DNA of 64,000 nucleotides from Selaginella moellendorffii (Eukaryota; Plantae; Lycopodiophyta): NCBI RefSeq assembly GCF_000143415.4, contig NW_003314284.1, positions 62,001 to 126,000 of the forward strand, read 5' to 3'. Shown piece by piece: positions 56,527 to 64,000 of this stretch (position 1 is its first letter; each line of letters starts with the position of its first letter). The notes under the pieces were generated by a model. It saw only the letters and a program-made list of their open reading frames with translations, ran no database searches and was not told where the DNA came from. The position numbers and the translations under genes were made by a program.

Positions 56527-59500
56527 GAAAGGATTCAGAGCTCTGGAGCAAGACTAAAGCAAGAAGCCGGATGAACTTTGAGAGCAAGTTAGAAGGAACC
56601 CAACGTTATATCTGTCAGCGGTTTGGCATATAAGGAGGATATGCATTCGATGGATGGTTTTCAGCTACAAGTGGTCCATTGTTTTCATGGTTTTGTATAC
56701 ATGGCGAGCTGCAAGTTTTAGCAACCAAACAATTATCTTTACCACAATCGAAACCTCACTGGCACTAGCAAGGAGGGTGAATCTTGAATAGGCATGTCCC
56801 ACATAATTCTATGTAATTTGAGGTTGCAAACAGTTGTAAATATACATGTAAAATATAGGAGCATATAATGTAATACATGAACTTATTACTCATGTAGACT
56901 ATGGGTATCATATTATGAGCATGTCAGTCATTCCATGGGCATATTCATTGATTTGAAATTTTAGGACATTATGTATTTTGGCCAGACTCTCTAAACTACT
57001 TTGCCAAATGTTGATTGTTTAAGCAAACCTGGGTGGTACTTTGATATTCTATATTTTGGTTGTTATTCATTTAAATTAATTTTAAATTTATAAACATTTT
57101 TATACTTTATAAATTTTCCTAAACACTTCCTAGTATATTCTACCATCAAATTATTCAATAAGATTAATCTTGTGTTTATAAATTATAAATATGTTTATAA
57201 TTATAAACTTCCATTTGATCAATTAGATTAATAAATAGAAATAACACCACTATTAAAAAAATGCTTGTTGCTACATGCAAAACGTAGCAAATTATTTTGT
57301 AACACAACCAAATTTATAAATTTGGTAAAGACAATATCATTTTGAATGCATTGAGTTGTTAGGCTCAATTTCAGGCAATGTCGGCAATCAATTCAGATTT
57401 GTTGGAAAATGTTTAGGCTTTGTATGGAAGTAACATGTTAGCAAATGCAATATTACATTGTGTAAAGTTGTCAAAATAACACACTGATTATATATTTCAT
57501 CTAAGGACATATGATGGTTGTTTCTACAGGAAGATCATGATGTTCCAGATGGCAGTAAATAAAAGACTTTTGCCTTATTGAAATAAAAGATTTTTCTATT
57601 CTTATATGGAAGGTGATATAATAGATTATGTATATTTTTGTCCTACTTGCCAACAATGTAAAAGAAGAACTAAGAAATAAGTTGAGAAGTTGCAATACAT
57701 TTCAATATAGACATATCCATTTTAGAATATAACACTTGATTTCATCACTTGCTTGTCTAAATTTAAAGGTTATAACATTTTGATGGTGGTTATCAAAGAT
57801 TGCACATTTCATCATAATTATAGAAACAATGAATGTTAAGCAAGCAGTAAAACTCTTTTTCCATGAAGAGTTGTTATTTCATATATTAATGCTTTCTATA
57901 TTTGGAAGCATGCAAAGTTTGGGATAGAGCTGTCTACACAATCTCATACTAGAGAGATTAACCATTAATTCATTGTGTTTTTCATGGGAAAATTAAGCTA
58001 AGGTGTGTAAATTAACAATGGCTTTTGCTAGTTGTTCTACAAGAAATATGGATTACAATAGAAGTTGATATTTGCTAAGATGAGGAGAGTGGTAATTAAT
58101 GTTAACCTCTACAAGCCAACAATAAACCTGATGTTTAGTTTTAAATTTAATTTTTGCTTGTCTTAGCCTGATTTTAGTCATACAAGATATTAACAAGGCC
58201 ATGATCTAGTTTGCTGCTTTTTTACTAACTCTTGATCCTATCTCAGGTTCTCTACTATGAATTGTATGGCATTGAGTTGTAGATATATGAACACCACTAT
58301 GTACATTGATGCCTAACAGTCAACCATAGCCATTTGCTGAGCTTAATACTATTCAATTCTTCTCTCCTTCTTCCTCTTTGTTTCCCCTTTTACTTTTCTC
58401 TCGATCGATGATCCATTTGCTTCTGTGTGAGAGAGAGAGGATGATCCTTCTTCCACCAGCGATCTAGGGCTCGGATCACATGGGTCGAGTGTGAATTTCT
58501 CAAAATTTATGGCATGCATGGATCATGATTATAGTGGTAAATTTGAATTAATCATTGCTAAAATAGAATCTTAGAAAAAATAGATAGAATCTTCTATCTA
58601 TAAAATGAAAACAATAAAATGACACACAGAAGTTGAAAGAATTATATATCTTAATTGTATATGGATGGGTGCATATACACAGAAATCAATAGTATAAGAA
58701 TCATCTCTACCTTTAACTCTCCCACTCACAATCAGGCGGATGATCAAAGCTTGAATCTAAGCTTAAATATTGCCTAGCTAGTTTGAAATGATGGACATAG
58801 AGAGTTGATAAAAAAATATATAAAAAACTCATTAGCTAACTACCCAAAACTTTATTCTTGGTTTTGGCTTTGACACACTCTTGTTTATTGTTATGGCTTC
58901 AATCCTACCACTAGTATATGGAATTGGCTGTGAATTGCCAGACTTCCACTTCTACTACTACCAAGCACTTGAATCTCCATAAATAACTTTTCCAATTGTT
59001 AAAAATTTTAGTACTATGAAATGTTTTAATTTTTTAAATGAATTGTTAAAATCTCTCAATCTCCCATTAGCTTTATCCTTTACTTGCTGCTACTGTTGCT
59101 TAGCTCCTTATACAGTCTAATGTGTTAATTCAACATCTCACACATCTAATGCCTCATCATGGGTATTTATATATAGAAACTATAACTACATATCTTAACT
59201 ACCTTATCTGTCTTTACATTCTATTTACAATAAACTGAAAATCTAAAACCTAAAGTTTAAAGCAAAAATTCACATATATCTTGCTCTTATTCGCTCTGAC
59301 CAGATAAGCCAAAGAATCAAGGCTAGAATACATGTAGCTCTAGGAATACCATGACTTACATGGTCACACCTTAAGCTAATCAGCACCTCATTCCCATATA
59401 ATCTCTTATATGGGATTACTAACAACATGTTTCTTGTAACCAGAAAATAATCTTGTACTCGTCTTGGATGATCCATACAAAACTGAGATCTTCCTGGTTC

Positions 59501-59919
59501 TCGCTCATGAGTGTCCAGATGACTCCATTACTAATGTAGAACGAAATGTGGTAAAAAAAGCATTGGCATGCAGGATGCACACTAATTTGGGCCTTCCAGG
59601 GTCCAGACACAATGAGTTTGCTCCATGGCATTATCCACGTGGCTCATTGTGATTAGTTATGATGCCAGGTATGACTATGACTCCATGAACCAAGGCTTTG
59701 GTCGGATCTTGCAGTCTGAGTGTCGCTGGATCGTTTCCCGCAATGTTGCTCGTGCTGCCCTCTAGCATTCTCAGTGGACGAACCTCCATTGATATGGCTT
59801 GCGAGTCTGCCACTTCAAGCAATTACATCCTGGTTTTTGACAAGCCGAATGGAAATACAGTGCACCTGATTTGCAAATAGCATGCCACTGCACCGGGAAC
59901 CACAGTTTTCTTCTTTCAA

Positions 59920-60470
59920 ACACAGAGGCCCTTGAAACCTTCGTTGCTCACAATACTCTGGACGCCCTTTGCTTTGTTTCACCACCTGAGATTTAAAAGA
60001 AAAAAAAACAGACTAAAAAGCTTGATTACTTCGGATTACTTCGGTGGGAACACGGACGAAAGATGCTCCTCCAGTAGCACCAGCAGTCTGTAAATTTGAA
60101 ACGCAAAAGAAGCAAGCCTTACAAGCTTACCATAAATGATCTAGAACGCATTCCGTTTCATAGGCCTGTAAACTCCAACAAATATCGCGACGCCCTGGAG
60201 AAAACCACGAAACTAAATCATTCCAGTTCTCCAGTAAAGATTTTCTTACGGTAAAATTCCCAGCAGGTTTCCGGCTAGACCCGGATACAGGCCTTTCAGC
60301 ACGATCTTCCCGCTCGTGGTTCATATTGAATGAAAAGAGAAAGAAAAAGGCATGCAGGAGAACTTAAGTCAGGACAGGAGAAAAAGAAGAAATTCGAGCT
60401 TTCCTGAAGTCGAGTTCTGATAGTATCAATCGGATACAGCACGGTTTCAACGACAACTCCACGAAGTGTT
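59920..60470 (-). pseudogene. Mitochondrial carrier (SAM carrier-like) gene fragments
   Basis: GVVVETVLYPIDTIRTRLQ (PxDxxR signature), TAGATGG..FVRVPTEV, VVKQ../IVSNEGFKGL, with deletions. Confidence 0.7.
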
Positions 60471-60909
60471 GAAAAAGTTAAGAGCATGATAACTTGAGCG
60501 AAATTTATTTGCTTCCTCGCAGGGATCGCAGTTGTGGCTGCTCCACCGTGCGTTTCGATAGCTGGAAAATCACAACCATGCAAAATTGGAGGCTGTAGAG
60601 CACTCACATTGCGATTCTTCATGGCGTCTTGAAACAGAAAAGACTCGATCACAATCATCCACAAAGAAAGAGACTAAACGCGCTTCTTCACGGATTTTAG
60701 GCCAATCTGTGACAAATCCGCGCCCTCAGAAACAAATTCATGGCTTGTGATACTTCGACGAATTAAGAACTCATTTAATTATCTGATAGAACGAACGGCT
60801 ACAAGAATTTACACTTTGACTGGATGAAGGAGGTGCTAAAGTACAGAACACTGGCCCGCAAAACTCACTTTGAAGTAAATCAGTGTGCCTTTTTCTTTCA
60901 CTCGTATCT

Positions 60910-60951
60910 AGCTCTCTCGATGCACAACGAAAACTCCACGAGCAACTAGAG
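60910..60951 (+). pseudogene. MYB-CC (PHR1-like) coiled-coil exon fragment
   Basis: LDAQRKLHEQLE matches the LHEQLE family signature; no intact MYB domain found nearby. Confidence 0.45.
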
Positions 60952-61251
60952 GCATGTGTTTTTCTCCTTGTGCGGAAGACAAGCCAGCTCCTGAACTCTA
61001 GAAGACTTCACGCATTTGCAGCAGGGAAGAAATCGACTACATCAAATCTAACACTCCAGCAGCAGCCAAAAACTAAGCCGCGGAGATCGATATAACAACA
61101 CAGTACGAGGTTTGCTAACAGCAGCTTCAAGACGCAAGAACTGTACAAAATGATTGCATGGTTTTTTGGGTGAGAGGCTCCGATTTGGCGGTAAAAGCTC
61201 CGCATTATGAAATCGGTTTAATAATCCAGGGTTTGGGGAGATTGATGGACT

Positions 61252-63276
61252 ATGCTTGAACAGCTTGTCTTTGCTGTAAAGACATGCACCAACCTTTCCC
61301 ATGCCAAGAACTTGCACTCGTGTTTGTTCTCGTCCCATCATCCCCCATCGATCCAACTCCATCATTGGGTCATCCAAATGTACGGCAGATGCGGCAGCAC
61401 CGCCGACGCACGCTCCGTATTTGATTCGCTCCACCCAAAGGACTGCATCTCATGGAACTCGATCGTGGCAGCCTACGCCCAGAATGGAGAGCTGCGCGAA
61501 TCCAAAGCTATGTTCGATCAGGCGGGCAAAAGAAATGTGGTGTCGTGGAACACAATCCTGGGGGCCTATGGCTCAGCGGGCAACCCATGCATGGCTCAGG
61601 AAATCTTCGATCGAATGCCGGCTCGCGGGTTAATCTCGTGGAATGCAATTCTTTCTGGAGTATCACAGACTGGAACACTTCAATCTGTGAGAACAATGTT
61701 TGTCCTAATGCCCGAAAGAGATAAAGTATCGTGGAACACTTTCCTCGTAGCAAATGCCCGCCATGGGCATTTGGATGACACCTCCAAATGCTTTGAGAGA
61801 ATGCCTCAAAGAGATCTCGTGTCGTGGAATACAGTGCTCGCCTCGTGTGCCAAGACCAAAAGCTTACACAAGATGACACAAATCTTGGCGGCGGCACCCG
61901 AAAAGGACTACTTCTCGTGGACGACAGCTTTGTCGGCACATGCCCAGCACGGGCATCTGGAAGAATCCAAGCGCATCTTCGACTCCATGTCGGCGCGCAG
62001 TCTTGTGACGTGGAATGCCATGCTGGCGGCGTATGTCCAGCGGGGGCATTTCCAAGCCGCGGAGCTCTTCTTCCACAGAATGCCCGAGAGGAACGTTGTT
62101 TCGTCGAATTCAATCATCACAGCGCTCGCGCACCACTGCGAGCGATCGAAGCAGGTCTTTGATGGCTCGCCGGTCAGGGATCACGTCTCGTGGAATGGAA
62201 TGTTGGTGGCCTATGCCCAGAGTGGAAAGACGCTTGAATCGCAGATGGTCTTGGAGAGAATGCCGCAGTGCAACACTGTCTCTTGGACTGGCTTGCTCTC
62301 GGCAATCACCCAATTCGAAGACGCGAAAGCTCTCTTTGACGAGATGCCAGCCCGTGATCTTGTAGTCTGGAACGCAGTGCTGGCATGCTACACCCGATTT
62401 GGATGTCTTCTCGATGCAAATATCCTGTTTGATAAGATGCCTCACACGGATTCGGCTTCTTGGTCGACCATCTTAGGAGCTTACGCACAAAGACTTTCTT
62501 TGGATGAAACGAAGCTAACCTTTGATCATATGCCAGGACGGAATCTAGCAGCGTGGAGCTTACTTCTTAATGTATATGCTCAAACAGGGTATCTTGAGAT
62601 TGCTAAGTTTGTGTTTAATAGGATTCCCGCCAGGGACTTGGTGTTGTGGACCGCAATGGTATGGGCTTACTCACAAAACCGGCTATTGGAAGAAGCAAGA
62701 GCAGTGTTTTCGGAAATGCCACAACGGGATCTTATAGCCTGCAATGCTATTCTCTCCGCTTTTGCTCAGAATGGGCATCTTGTTGAGGCGCGGTCGCAGT
62801 TTGATTCCATGGTGGAGCGAGATATTGTCTCTTGGGCCGCCATGCTAACGGCGTATGCCCACAATGGGGGGTTTCACCAAGTGTTGGATCTGTTTAAGCT
62901 TCTCCAGCTCGAAGGCCTGAAACCCGATGAGATTTGCTTCACTTGCGTGCTCGCTGTTTGCAGCCACGCGGGAGATTGCGGGGTGGGATGGGAGTGCTTC
63001 AGCTCCATTAGCAGTGATCACAGTGTGGAGGCGAGCAAGCAACACTACAGCTGCATGGTTGACATTCTCGGTAGATCCGGGTACGTTGATCGCGCGGAGG
63101 AGCTTGTGGAAACCATGCCCTTTGTCCCGGATGCCGAGGATTGGATATGTCTGCTGGGCTCCTCTCGGATCTATAACAATGTGGAAGTGGCGGAACGAGC
63201 AGCGAGACGAGTGATGAAGTCTGACTTAACAGCCTCTTCGCCATTTGTGCTGGTTGCAAACATGATCAGTCAATGA
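61252..63276 (+). CDS. PLS-class PPR protein with E domain, no DYW
   Basis: 674-aa intronless ORF of ~31-aa repeats; QHYSCMVDILGRSG...WICLLGS...PFVLVANM. Confidence 0.93.
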   Translation: MLEQLVFAVKTCTNLSHAKNLHSCLFSSHHPPSIQLHHWVIQMYGRCGSTADARSVFDSLHPKDCISWNSIVAAYAQNGELRESKAMFDQAGKRNVVSWNTILGAYGSAGNPCMAQEIFDRMPARGLISWNAILSGVSQTGTLQSVRTMFVLMPERDKVSWNTFLVANARHGHLDDTSKCFERMPQRDLVSWNTVLASCAKTKSLHKMTQILAAAPEKDYFSWTTALSAHAQHGHLEESKRIFDSMSARSLVTWNAMLAAYVQRGHFQAAELFFHRMPERNVVSSNSIITALAHHCERSKQVFDGSPVRDHVSWNGMLVAYAQSGKTLESQMVLERMPQCNTVSWTGLLSAITQFEDAKALFDEMPARDLVVWNAVLACYTRFGCLLDANILFDKMPHTDSASWSTILGAYAQRLSLDETKLTFDHMPGRNLAAWSLLLNVYAQTGYLEIAKFVFNRIPARDLVLWTAMVWAYSQNRLLEEARAVFSEMPQRDLIACNAILSAFAQNGHLVEARSQFDSMVERDIVSWAAMLTAYAHNGGFHQVLDLFKLLQLEGLKPDEICFTCVLAVCSHAGDCGVGWECFSSISSDHSVEASKQHYSCMVDILGRSGYVDRAEELVETMPFVPDAEDWICLLGSSRIYNNVEVAERAARRVMKSDLTASSPFVLVANMISQ

Positions 63277-63390
63277 AAGAAAGATGTGAATGTTTTCTAG
63301 GCGCGGCCTCCACGGCGCCACAGCACGGCGCGGCGCACCGTGGCGGGCACGCCGTGGAGGCCGCGCCGTTGGAGGGCGCTGTTGACACTC

Positions 63391-63534
63391 GGCTTTGGAT
63401 ACATCATCTACCAAGACAACAATGCAGCTCAAGCCGCGATAAACACCATGGATGGGCAAGTTTTATTCGGTCGCCAGATCCTGACAGGACCGATCGTGGA
63501 ATGGGACGAAGGTTTACCCCTGCCTAGGTTTTGA
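63391..63534 (+). pseudogene. C-terminal half of an RRM domain
   Basis: GFGYIIY (RNP1)...AAQAAINTMDGQVLFGRQI; RNP2 half absent. Confidence 0.6.
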
Positions 63535-63812
63535 TTTAAGTACGCTTGCACTCAAGCCCTGTAAGACAAGAAAGAAAACGGCATATTGTCCTGTCCACAA
63601 TCTTGCAAGCTTCCTAGATAGCACAAAAGGTCCAGAGACGCCAAAAACTCGCATTTCCTGCTGTGCTGCAGTAAAGGCCGACATGGTGCGCTCGAAGCAG
63701 CAAAAAGTGCCTGAGAAGAATAAAAAACACGCAAGCAAAGGACTCACAGTGGTGAACTCGACTTTAGTTGGTGGTTGTGGAGAGAATCCCCGCATAAAAT
63801 GGCAGTTTTATG

Positions 63813-63886
63813 CCTCGTGACGCGTAGCGAATTCCAGTAGCATGCCAGTAATTTTTCCTTTCTTCTTCGTGGTTGAGCTCATTTCC
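63813..63886 (-). other. Exon-like segment with PABC/MLLE motif; gene probably extends beyond the window or is a fragment
   Basis: Translates EMSSTTKKKGKITGMLLEFATRHE after a CAG acceptor. Confidence 0.4.
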
Positions 63887-64000
63887 TGAATAAACAACAG
63901 CGTCATAAGTTCCCGTATCCAAATGCCAAATATCCTGCCATACCTCGTCAACAGCGTCACCGCAAACACCCAGCTCACCTCTACTGCATCCTTACGTTGC

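Overview
Gene-dense nuclear DNA of a land plant with a compact genome. Introns of about 50-70 nt, a PLS-class PPR expansion, nuclear-encoded plastid genes and telo-boxes point to a lycophyte such as Selaginella (inferred from sequence style only). Ordinary genes present: RAD5-like, URT1, SWI3, IscA, CDC123, TMX2, SOUL, COX5C, ANP32, a RING-H2 E3, PsaN, panB, a purine permease, a type I MADS gene, USP, LIG4, plastid RPL34, DUF3128, four PPR genes and two epoxide hydrolases. A decayed Copia element contains an assembly gap. Stand-outs: (1) an apparently intact multi-exon four-domain cation channel (43.5-50 kb, minus) with NALCN/Cch1-like signatures, charge-depleted S4 segments, an E/E/D/D filter and an IQ motif, a channel class that flowering plants lack; (2) a Bt Cry domain-I-like gene (54.6-56.5 kb, minus) disabled by a 1-nt frameshift and a ~350-bp PPR-fragment insertion; (3) an intact six-exon orphan with a Crinkler/REase-like ExK...QxxxY motif; (4) an intronless LIG4; (5) two epoxide hydrolase genes plus two remnants, and several captured gene fragments. 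All family calls are motif recognition by eye and need HMM or structure confirmation.
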